Below, piece after piece: positions 30,466 through 37,981 of a DNA stretch of 64,000 nucleotides (its first letter is position 1; every line of letters starts with the position of its first letter). The position numbers and the translations under genes were made by a program. This DNA comes from an uncultured Candidatus Saccharibacteria bacterium (GTDB taxonomy: Bacteria; Patescibacteriota; Saccharimonadia; CAZBQI01). The stretch spans positions 18,936-82,935 of the forward strand of contig CAZBQI010000002.1 of assembly GCA_964494105.1 (NCBI GenBank), written 5' to 3'. A model generated the notes under the pieces. It worked only from the letters and a program-made list of their open reading frames with translations. It made no database searches and was not told the DNA's origin.

Positions 30466-30927
30466 TCAAACAGTAATCTCGCGCACCTCGCAAAAGTCGG
30501 GCACCAGCGTATTAATGACAACACCCAGTTCGTGGCACAAAGCTGCAATCAGCATGCCATGAGTAAACCAAATTGATTCGGTTGGCGGACTCGCAATTAG
30601 CTTCTTGGCAGCTGCGAGTGCTTCCGGGGCAATAATACCCTTAGTTAGGTTTTTGATAGTTTCCGGCGGATTTGGTGTGTTTATTTCATTAAGATCCGGA
30701 CAAACAACCATATTTGAAAACCCGGCCAGCTCGGCAGTTTGATGTGTACGTAGAAGCTCGGATACCGCAACCGGCAGGTTAAAATCTACGCCTATTTTAA
30801 CCAGTTCAAAATGTAATTCCTTGGCTTGCTTCGTGCCGACTTCGCTAAGCGAAGCACCTTGTTTACCAAACAAGTCTCGATTAAGCCGAGTACCCTCGCT
30901 TTTGCCGTGCCGTATAACCAGTCTCAT
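30466..30927 (-). CDS. histidine phosphatase family protein (PGAM/SixA-like)
   Basis: RHG catalytic motif at the N-terminus (VIRHGKSEG) and a C-terminal TH(G) (WFTHGMLIAAL). 153 aa. Confidence 0.65.
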   Translation of the reverse strand: MRLVIRHGKSEGTRLNRDLFGKQGASLSEVGTKQAKELHFELVKIGVDFNLPVAVSELLRTHQTAELAGFSNMVVCPDLNEINTPNPPETIKNLTKGIIAPEALAAAKKLIASPPTESIWFTHGMLIAALCHELGVVINTLVPDFCEVREITV

Positions 30928-30934
30928 AGCCTAA

Positions 30935-31438
30935 TTATAGTTGATGGTTAATCTCATGAGCTGCTACAGCGTGATATGCTGCATCAGGGTCAGCCACAGA
31001 CGGGTTGCTTCTTGTGATTAGATCAACGGTCTCTGCGCACCTTTGCATATAATCTACTTGTTCCTTGAATGCCATCGGCATATCCTCTGGGAACTTTATT
31101 CTGCCATCAGCGCAACTTATCAAAGCCCTTCTCCTTTTAACTAAATCGTCATTTGTTGCACTTGACTCAACAAGTTTGCCATACAGTGTGTATTCCGTGG
31201 CTCGGGAGTTATCTGCTCGATGAATCAAACCTTGATGTAACCATGCTTCTACTTGCGCACCTTGTGTGTCCTCGTAAGTAGCATGAGGTGAGTTCCACAA
31301 AGGGGAATTCCTGTGATCAAATGGAACTGCAACTCTCAGCGCTTCCGCCAAAACACCCGACAGGTTTCGATGCTGTTCTATAAGCTCAGTGGATATACCT
31401 TCAAGTGGATCACGAAAATCCTCAGCACCAATTGGCAT
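30935..31438 (-). CDS. hypothetical protein (HExxH at the extreme C-terminus)
   Basis: 167 aa with no family recognised. Ends ...AAHEINHQL. GC is visibly higher than in neighbouring genes. Confidence 0.4.
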   Translation of the reverse strand: MPIGAEDFRDPLEGISTELIEQHRNLSGVLAEALRVAVPFDHRNSPLWNSPHATYEDTQGAQVEAWLHQGLIHRADNSRATEYTLYGKLVESSATNDDLVKRRRALISCADGRIKFPEDMPMAFKEQVDYMQRCAETVDLITRSNPSVADPDAAYHAVAAHEINHQL

Positions 31439-31591
31439 CTAATTACTCCTATTATCAAATAGTATTATATCATATTTTATATTTATTGCAATTATCTTCA
31501 GCTTAGACATAGATTGCATGGTGATTCTTGCTCACTACGCCGAATCTTCCGCTTCGCTCTACAGTTCGAATCCGGGCACCAGCGTGCTCTT

Positions 31592-31621
31592 AAGAAATAC
31601 AAAAACGCCCCAGTCGGGGCG
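31592..31621 (-). terminator. rho-independent terminator (CGCCCCGACTGGGGCG + TTTTTGTATTTC on minus strand)
   Basis: GC hairpin followed by a T-tract in minus-strand sense, downstream of the 31748..32521 gene. Confidence 0.6.
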
Positions 31622-31639
31622 CTTGTGATTTTCTTGGTA

Positions 31640-31745
31640 GCCCAAGTACATTCGAATTGGAACGTTATCTTATCTGAATTAGCGAGGTGGAAAGAGGTGT
31701 TATCTGTTACAGCAGGGGCTGTTTACTCTACCGAGTAGGAGTGGA
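31640..31745 (-). pseudogene. degenerate tRNA-fMet-like remnant (pseudo-tRNA)
   Basis: The minus-sense sequence keeps GGTAGAG (D-arm), TTCGAAT (T-loop) and a GCTACCA 3' end in the same order and spacing class as the intact tRNA-fMet at 32788..32862, but cannot be folded into a cloverleaf. Confidence 0.4.
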
Positions 31746-31747
31746 AC

Positions 31748-32521
31748 TTATATATCTTTCCTTTTAGCATGGGTCATGTTAACACCTTCTTTTGTAAAGA
31801 CTCCCCAATAAAGCTGTGAATTACCTTTTTGAGGATTAACTAAGCCACGCACTTCATAGGCAGGGTCTTCTGCTGCGGCAACAGCTATTGCTCGTCTGAC
31901 TAAAAGATTAAACGGATTTACACCATTGGTTGCTTCAAACTCTGCGTTTCGTTTTACTCCGCCAGGCGTTCCCTGGACATTTACAATAGACATAACACTA
32001 GCATCATCTTCAAAATGTAAGTTAAACCCCACTCTTGCAAGATAACCGTCAGGTACATGGAGCTGTATCTGAAAGAGCGCCTCAGGACATGGAGTTACAT
32101 CCTGCCTTGGTTGCGTAGGGTCATTTGTTAGGCGGTCGGTTAGTGAAAGTCGCATATCAAATGGTTCATAGCCATGGTCGCTCAGTGTAAAACGGTCAAT
32201 AACGTCGCCAATGTGGACAAGATTATCAAGTGCTCTCTCAAGCTGAAGACTGTTTTCTGGGTTAACTGTAGTAACAAATCCGCTGCGATAGCTTGTAGTC
32301 TCAGAAAGATAGGTAGCACCCCATGCGTTTGCAAAGTTCATACGCCCAAACCCGATTCCATTTTTCGCACCAGTATAGCGTGCTAAGAAAGACCATCGAG
32401 GGTCTTGGTCATCAGGTAAGAAACCGTAAAGTCCAAATGCAGTATCTACTACCTCGGTAGGTTTTTGCATAAATGGAGCATCTAAAGCAGGCGGTGCATC
32501 TACAATTAACGGACTAGGCAT
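31748..32521 (-). CDS. hypothetical protein
   Basis: 257 aa with no recognisable motif. It sits between the two tRNA-fMet-related modules. Confidence 0.45.
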   Translation of the reverse strand: MPSPLIVDAPPALDAPFMQKPTEVVDTAFGLYGFLPDDQDPRWSFLARYTGAKNGIGFGRMNFANAWGATYLSETTSYRSGFVTTVNPENSLQLERALDNLVHIGDVIDRFTLSDHGYEPFDMRLSLTDRLTNDPTQPRQDVTPCPEALFQIQLHVPDGYLARVGFNLHFEDDASVMSIVNVQGTPGGVKRNAEFEATNGVNPFNLLVRRAIAVAAAEDPAYEVRGLVNPQKGNSQLYWGVFTKEGVNMTHAKRKDI

Positions 32522-32620
32522 TATATTATTATATAATAAAATACTTATATTATCAATATATTGATGCTGCTGCTTGTGTTTATAAAACTCTATTAAAAAT
32601 AACAGAGGTCAAAATGCTTA

Positions 32621-32636
32621 TGGTAGCGGGGGCAGG
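32621..32636. repeat. 16-bp exact direct repeat of the tRNA-fMet 3' end (TGGTAGCGGGGGCAGG), a putative att remnant
   Basis: Identical to 32788-32803 (the T-stem 3' half, acceptor and CCA of the tRNA). Read directly. Confidence 0.8.
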
Positions 32637-32747
32637 TTATGGCTAATTCTGCATACGTCCTCGGAACAAGTTCCTGCGGGCGGACTTGAATTAACGAACC
32701 TGCCCTTCGGGCTATCAGGTTCTAATCCAGTGCTTCGCACTGTTCAA

Positions 32748-32775
32748 TGAAATACAAAACACCCCTTACGGGGTG
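32748..32775 (-). terminator. rho-independent terminator after tRNA-fMet (CACCCCGTAAGGGGTG + TTTTGTATTTC, minus strand)
   Basis: Hairpin followed by a T-tract in minus-strand sense, 13 nt after the tRNA 3' end. Confidence 0.65.
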
Positions 32776-32787
32776 CTTAGATTTCAT

Positions 32788-32862
32788 TGGTAGCGGGGGC
32801 AGGATTCGAACCTGCGACCTCCGGGTTATGAGCCCGACGAGCTGCCACTGCTCTACCCCGCG
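32788..32862 (-). tRNA. initiator tRNA-fMet (anticodon CAT)
   Basis: Manual fold: 1:72 mismatch (C·U). Three consecutive G-C pairs at the bottom of the anticodon stem (TCGGG/CCCGG), loop CTCATAA, T-arm GCAGG-TTCGAAT-CCTGC, CCA encoded. These are initiator hallmarks. Confidence 0.85.
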
Positions 32863-32915
32863 CTAAAGATAGGAGTTTTTCTTTTTTACTATATTAACAG
32901 ATACAAGCTACTATA

Positions 32916-33332
32916 TCAATTTGGTTCTTTGCGAAATAGAAAGAACATCCATTGCTCTAAATTGCTTTTACTGCGCTGAGAAAAGTTTTGCTCCTCAGCA
33001 ATTTGCTCTGGTGTTTTTGGCGTTTCCAGTTCACGCGGAATTCTATCGGGAAAAATAACTACCTGTTCCCCGGGTGCTTGCAACCCGAGCTTATCTCTAG
33101 CTTCCCTATCTGCAAATGCGTCTGTTTTGTAGTAGGCAATACTATACTCTAGCTGTTTATTCTGCAATTCTAGCAGTTCTACTTCTGAGTTTAACTTGTC
33201 GATATCTTGCTGCAGTTTGTAGTTATAGCCAATCACCTGAATCGTTGAGTACGATCCGTATAGAATAAATGCAATTGCAACGGCGCTAACAATGTGGCGG
33301 GTGGTTAGTATCTGCTTTAATTTATCTGACAT
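32916..33332 (-). CDS. septum formation initiator family protein (FtsB/DivIC-like)
   Basis: N-terminal TM, then a coiled coil (LQQDIDKLNSEVELLELQNKQLEYSIAYY), then ...DREARDKLGL. 138 aa. Confidence 0.6.
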   Translation of the reverse strand: MSDKLKQILTTRHIVSAVAIAFILYGSYSTIQVIGYNYKLQQDIDKLNSEVELLELQNKQLEYSIAYYKTDAFADREARDKLGLQAPGEQVVIFPDRIPRELETPKTPEQIAEEQNFSQRSKSNLEQWMFFLFRKEPN

Positions 33333-33533
33333 ATTTGTTTTTCATCCTAATGTTCATATTATAGCCTGCAAAGTACACCCAGTCATCTGATATAATTTGT
33401 ATGTTCTTTGATTGAACCAATTTTGCAAACCAAGGAGCAAAGCTACTGTATGCAAAATTGAGATGAAGCGTAGCGAAAGACCGAAAATTTGTGAGTTTAC
33501 GAACAAATGTAGGTCGCCAGCATACGCTGACGA

Positions 33534-33609
33534 GGGGGTGTAGCTCACCGGTCAGAGCAGGTGGCTCATAACCACTTGGTAGATGGTTCGACTCCATCCA
33601 CCCCCACCA
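33534..33609 (+). tRNA. tRNA with CAT anticodon (elongator Met or Ile2/lysidine type)
   Basis: Manual fold: acceptor GGGGGTG/CACCCCC, D-arm GCTC-ACCGGTCA-GAGC, anticodon stem GGTGG/CCACT with loop CTCATAA, T-arm GATGG-TTCGACT-CCATC, CCA encoded. 76 nt. Confidence 0.85.
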
Positions 33610-33655
33610 ATAACCCATACTTGATTTTTATGCAATTTTAGGTTAAAATAACCTT

Positions 33656-34720
33656 ATGATTGATACCTTCACCCCTGCACAACAGATTGCAGCCGAAAGA
33701 CTTGCGGAACAAGGTGACATACCTATATCTCGAGTCCCGCACTCAGGTGCTGCAGAGTTTCATGCGCTAAAATATGCTATCACTCCGCCCGATAGTGCCT
33801 CGGCATTTATAGTAAAGGGTGCTTTGAAGACATACTTGGGTATAGATGATCTAACCGAAGAGCGCATAGATAACCCTACTCGCGAAGATAAAGAACGTAG
33901 GCAATGGTTTGCGCAAAATGCCAGCGCATATACTGGCCTTGAATCTGGCGCTATGTCCTATGGGATAGGATTACCGTTTTACTTAGAGCGCCTGGGCGAA
34001 GTCCGGCAACGTATTGGTAGCCATGAAGATCAAAAATCTTTACTCTTAGGTGCTTTGACTCCTGACACCATTAAAGAATACGAACTAGCCTTAGCCATGA
34101 CTCTACCCAAGTCGCGTGCTTATGTAACAGATATTGAAGGCGTCCTTACCCCCAAGCCAAACCAATTTGTTTATGGAAGTGGTGTTCAGTTACCATTTGC
34201 AGATAATTCGTTCGACACTATTCACACCAATTATCTCTTGCATGCATTTGAGGCAGAGGGGGTTGACGGATTAGCGGCATATCAGCAGTTAATAGATGAA
34301 ATCTATAGAGTCTTAAAACCTCGTGGCACAGCCATTCTAGTGGAGGGGCACTTGCCTAATTCGCTTGCCGAAAGAGGTTTGAAACCCAAACATGCAACCA
34401 GAAGGCTGTTTAAGCATACGCCCAGTAGTTCAGATGTTATTAGTTGGCTAGAAAAAGCATTTGGTAAGTATGACGCTAAGTTCTACGAAAGATTTCCTAC
34501 TTTTGTCGATAGAACAGCGCTATACGATTACATCCATATGACTAGGGGTGCGGATACTAATATTGAAATCTTGTACCGTATGGGTGATGTTGAAAACAAC
34601 ACAAATGGCGCCATAGGAATTCAAGCCACTAAGCCAATAGCCATAGAAGAAAGTCCAGGTGCTATTAGTAAAGTACCAATACCGCTTGGACCTATCCCAG
34701 ATCCTAAACCAGTAAGCTAG
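33656..34720 (+). CDS. class I SAM-dependent methyltransferase domain protein
   Basis: Methyltransf_11-like core (YGSGVQLPFADNSFDTIHTNYLLH ... VLKPRGTAILVEG) with an N-terminal extension of about 170 aa of unknown function. Confidence 0.65.
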   Translation: MIDTFTPAQQIAAERLAEQGDIPISRVPHSGAAEFHALKYAITPPDSASAFIVKGALKTYLGIDDLTEERIDNPTREDKERRQWFAQNASAYTGLESGAMSYGIGLPFYLERLGEVRQRIGSHEDQKSLLLGALTPDTIKEYELALAMTLPKSRAYVTDIEGVLTPKPNQFVYGSGVQLPFADNSFDTIHTNYLLHAFEAEGVDGLAAYQQLIDEIYRVLKPRGTAILVEGHLPNSLAERGLKPKHATRRLFKHTPSSSDVISWLEKAFGKYDAKFYERFPTFVDRTALYDYIHMTRGADTNIEILYRMGDVENNTNGAIGIQATKPIAIEESPGAISKVPIPLGPIPDPKPVS

Positions 34721-34800
34721 CTTTCTTTATCTTCAAAGCACTAGATATTTGATATTGTTCTACTAATCAAGTCATTAGTTGGTTCCAACTAGAATCTGAA

Positions 34801-35700
34801 CTAGGTGTTAACTTTCTCAGATTCCCAATTCAGCCAATCTTCAACAACCGCGGGCAATTCATTGCTTAACATTAAGGGTTTACCGCGAGAAGAACGCGCC
34901 AAACCAAGTTTCCAGACAACATTTCTAATATCCTCAACTATTACAAAAGCTGCAACAGCCCTTTCGTCATCTTGGCTGAAGTGTCGAACCGCACGATAGC
35001 CCTTAAGCCATGATTGAAATCTATCTTCTGACGCCCTTAGAACACCCCAAGGCTCGGCTGCCCGCCAAGATTCACCAGCACTATCGAAATCGAATACAGT
35101 GATTGCATTACCACTTTGGTGGATGTTATCGAGCGTCAAGTCGTTATGAATAATTCCATAATCTAGTTTAGGGTTGGAAGTAATCTTGCGCATTCGCTCG
35201 GTTAATTCATATACTCGATTCCATTCGCCTGTTTGCTGCAGTGTCATTTTCATTCGCTCGAGTTGATCGTCTAGGAGTTCGTGCATGTCGTATTTTTCTC
35301 GGGGTAAATCTGAAGTAAATGTATCGGCAGCTTGGTGAATTTGGGCTGCCGCATTGCCTAGTAACGCGTAGGTGCTGAGTTCGGGTTTTGGTTTCTTGCC
35401 TACCGCCCACTCGAATAGAATAGCGACACGTTTCTCGCCATCTACATCGAAAGCCTGCAAATACCCGCTTTTACCAGCAACCGGTTTGGCTACAGGTACG
35501 CCGTTCTTGGCAAGGTATAGCGTTAAGTCTAGCTCCCATTGAACATCTTGCTCTGTTCTAGAGGCTGCATTATAGAGTTTTAGCGCAAAGTGGCCATCAG
35601 AAGTTAATACCTCGTATGCATAGTTGGCCAAAGTGTTTAAGGCCTTGCAGGTTGGATTCTTCAATCCATACTTTTCTTTAAGCTGTTGTTCTACGCGCAT
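34801..35700 (-). CDS. phosphotransferase (APH/choline-kinase-like) family protein
   Basis: Brenner motif IHNDLTLDNI and DFDSAG (the Mg-binding DFG equivalent). The start was trimmed to the internal ATG at 35698-35700 so it does not overlap the divergent GT2 gene. Confidence 0.6.
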   Translation of the reverse strand: MRVEQQLKEKYGLKNPTCKALNTLANYAYEVLTSDGHFALKLYNAASRTEQDVQWELDLTLYLAKNGVPVAKPVAGKSGYLQAFDVDGEKRVAILFEWAVGKKPKPELSTYALLGNAAAQIHQAADTFTSDLPREKYDMHELLDDQLERMKMTLQQTGEWNRVYELTERMRKITSNPKLDYGIIHNDLTLDNIHQSGNAITVFDFDSAGESWRAAEPWGVLRASEDRFQSWLKGYRAVRHFSQDDERAVAAFVIVEDIRNVVWKLGLARSSRGKPLMLSNELPAVVEDWLNWESEKVNT

Positions 35701-35769
35701 GCGCTTATTATACAGTGGCAAGTTTGGTGCGTTTGTCGTTGCTAATTTGGGTTTTGCTATGCTAATTCT

Positions 35770-36606
35770 ATGAACCAGCCTCTTGTTTCTGTAATCACCC
35801 CTACCTACAACCGAGCCAAAGTAGTATTGAGTGCTATCAGGAGCGTTCAGGCTCAAACTTATAAAAACTGGGAGCACATTATTATCGATGACGGATCGAC
35901 TGATGATACTCGGCAATCTATAGAGGAGATTAAAGACTCACGGGCGTGCTACCTGTACAGAGAAAATGGTGGGCCTAGCAAAGCACGAAACTTCGGGATT
36001 AAAGCAGCCCATGGCAAATGGATAATGTACCTCGACAGCGACGACACGCTATTCCCAGGCTGCATTGCCACCATGGTGGAATGGCTAGAGAAGAACCCCG
36101 GCAAAGTCTTTGCCATCCCCCGGGCTAAACGCGTAAAGGAACTCTACGAAAACGGCAAACTAATAAAATCTATTGATGACTCTGGCGATACGCCCGCAAA
36201 CTTTACGATTCACGACATTTTTATGCGCAACGCTGGTTTTGCCTGTAATGGTTTTACGCACTTGCGCCAGTTGTTCGACGAAGGAATAAAGTGGGACGAG
36301 AACCTGCACAGCATGGAAGACTGGGAACTGCTAATGAGCATAGGCGAAAAATACCCAGATGGGTTTTTGTATGTGCCAATTGTGCTCTACGAATACCACC
36401 AACGCTTCGGTAGTGATAACCTAGTCAGCCAGGCTAGCTACGGCACTTGGGCTGATGCGTTTGAGTACATCTACAACAAGCACAAAGGCAGTCAATATTT
36501 AGATGGCCAGCTGTGGTACCCAAATAAAGCTGAAAAGTGGCGAAAACTGCAAGCAGAATTTGAGGCCGGCAAACGCCCAGCTTACAAATTCCTCTACTTC
36601 CAATAA
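35770..36606 (+). CDS. glycosyltransferase family 2
   Basis: VSVITPTYNRAKVVLSAIRSVQAQTY...IIIDDGSTDDT, and a DSDD (DxD) motif. 278 aa. Confidence 0.85.
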   Translation: MNQPLVSVITPTYNRAKVVLSAIRSVQAQTYKNWEHIIIDDGSTDDTRQSIEEIKDSRACYLYRENGGPSKARNFGIKAAHGKWIMYLDSDDTLFPGCIATMVEWLEKNPGKVFAIPRAKRVKELYENGKLIKSIDDSGDTPANFTIHDIFMRNAGFACNGFTHLRQLFDEGIKWDENLHSMEDWELLMSIGEKYPDGFLYVPIVLYEYHQRFGSDNLVSQASYGTWADAFEYIYNKHKGSQYLDGQLWYPNKAEKWRKLQAEFEAGKRPAYKFLYFQ

Positions 36607-36611
36607 CAAAG

Positions 36612-36650
36612 CCCCGCTCCCAGGGCTTGCCTGAAAACGGGGTTTGTATT
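36612..36650 (+). terminator. putative rho-independent terminator for the GT2 gene
   Basis: GC-rich stem (CCCCG...CGGGG) followed by TTTGTATT. The same GGGG-N-TTTTGTATT tail is seen at the other two terminators. Confidence 0.45.
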
Positions 36651-36664
36651 AAGTTTTCGCTATA

Positions 36665-36868
36665 TTAAGCAGATCGCTTGAGGGCTAGAAAACCGTTACG
36701 TGGATTCTCTACAACTTCCATACCAGCTGGCACTTCGTCGATAGATTCACCCGGTCGTTCTTCTTTAGCAAAGTAATAAATTCGCTGTTGACGTCCACCG
36801 CGGAGTGTTACGTCCTTGGCGTGTAAGTAATATGTTTGACCTTTCGAGTTTTGATGAGTGTATGCCAT
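36665..36868 (-). CDS. small hypothetical protein (67 aa)
   Basis: MAYTHQNSKGQTYYLHAKDVTLRGGRQQRIYYFAK... It looks like a conserved small domain but I cannot name the family. Confidence 0.4.
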   Translation of the reverse strand: MAYTHQNSKGQTYYLHAKDVTLRGGRQQRIYYFAKEERPGESIDEVPAGMEVVENPRNGFLALKRSA

Positions 36869-36966
36869 TTAAACAACTCCTTCTTTAATTAGTTTTAACT
36901 CAAGGTAAGCATAGTCCGACTTACAGCGGTTGTCAACTGTTCCATAGGTGTAAAGCCATAAGCATA

Positions 36967-36995
36967 TTGCCATGTACTTTGGTATCTTATATAAT
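36967..36995 (+). promoter_or_regulatory. sigma70-like promoter (TTGCCA-N17-TATAAT)
   Basis: Near-consensus -35/-10 with a 17-bp spacer, read directly. Downstream is AGGAGG, then a GTG at 37040. Confidence 0.45.
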
Positions 36996-37039
36996 GCGTG
37001 TTAACGACTAAGCCGTAACCAAATAATAGGAGGCTCTAG

Positions 37040-37189
37040 TGGCAGCAGCAAAAAACAATCATAATAATACAAAGCATCGAGTACCTACCTTTGGTGACCC
37101 ATCAACAGCCAGCAAAACCTTGGTTGTGCTGTTGATTGTTACAGCGGTTATTTTATTAGTACCGCTAACCAACATTTTAGTAAACTAAC
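37040..37189 (+). CDS. small hydrophobic peptide (about 49 aa, GTG start), hypothetical
   Basis: AGGAGG RBS 5 nt upstream of the GTG. Hand translation: VAAAKNNHNNTKHRVPTFGDPSTASKTLVVLLIVTAVILLVPLTNILVN. One C-terminal TM helix. Confidence 0.3.
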
Positions 37190-37208
37190 CAGAAAATATA
37201 ACACTTCT

Positions 37209-37748
37209 TTAGGATGATTGAGTTCTGAAAAGATTGTATATGTAGATAGCTATGGCCCCAAGGCCAAATAATACACATGCAACAAGACTAAAACCGGCTA
37301 TATCAGGAGTCCAATTAGGCGCCGCAAAAGAATAAATAAAACTGCTACGTTCTGGTAACACCACGGGCTGAGTGTTTGTGCCGGGACTTACCCTGGCGTC
37401 TAGGTACTGCTTGACGCATTGAGCCTGAGCAACCGAACCAATACCTTGGCGATCGCACTCAGCTTGGGCTTGCGCATATAGGTCACCGTTAATATCAACG
37501 TTGCCAGCCTTAGCCTTGGTTACGGCACGCTCATAACTCGCACTTAGCTCTACCTTTACCGAGCTGTTCATGTGCTTTATTACGAACTGCTGGAGTTTGG
37601 CAATATCTGTTTTTACATCAACTGACAGGGCATCTTTATTCTGAATCTGACTTGCCAATACCAACGCCTTTTTGTTGTTAAAGCGCAAAGCCACAATACT
37701 TGTAAGGGCAAAGATTAAAGCAATGATAAATATGTAGCGAGATTTCAT
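37209..37748 (-). CDS. hypothetical membrane-anchored protein
   Basis: 179 aa with N-terminal and C-terminal TM helices. The central domain has 4 Cys. Confidence 0.4.
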   Translation of the reverse strand: MKSRYIFIIALIFALTSIVALRFNNKKALVLASQIQNKDALSVDVKTDIAKLQQFVIKHMNSSVKVELSASYERAVTKAKAGNVDINGDLYAQAQAECDRQGIGSVAQAQCVKQYLDARVSPGTNTQPVVLPERSSFIYSFAAPNWTPDIAGFSLVACVLFGLGAIAIYIYNLFRTQSS

Positions 37749-37981
37749 TTCACCTATAAGGTTAGCCTATTGCTACGGCATCGGTCAAAACGCTGGCGTT
37801 TATTTTACAGAGGAAACAAAGACTCACATTGGGTACTTTATCTGGGCGATGAAGTAGAATTTGAGTTTTTAAAACATAACGCCTCTTAAGAATGATTCAG
37901 ATGGCACCGCACAGAGATATGTAAAGAAATGGTAAGAATAAAAACAAGCACCCAGATAAAAGTGATGGTAAGCTAAAACAA

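Noticed and set aside
30411-30548. 46-aa N-terminal extension of the heliorhodopsin ORF
   Set aside because: It overlaps the upstream phosphatase gene and has no homology to heliorhodopsin N-termini. The internal ATG has an AGGAAG RBS.
31514-31738. 74-aa plus-strand ORF
   Set aside because: It lies entirely within the degenerate tRNA-fMet-like module and terminator, so it is spurious.
33322-33618. Two minus-strand ORFs (98 and 64 aa) upstream of the FtsB-like gene
   Set aside because: They overlap the plus-strand tRNA at 33534..33609 and its flanks and have no coding signal.
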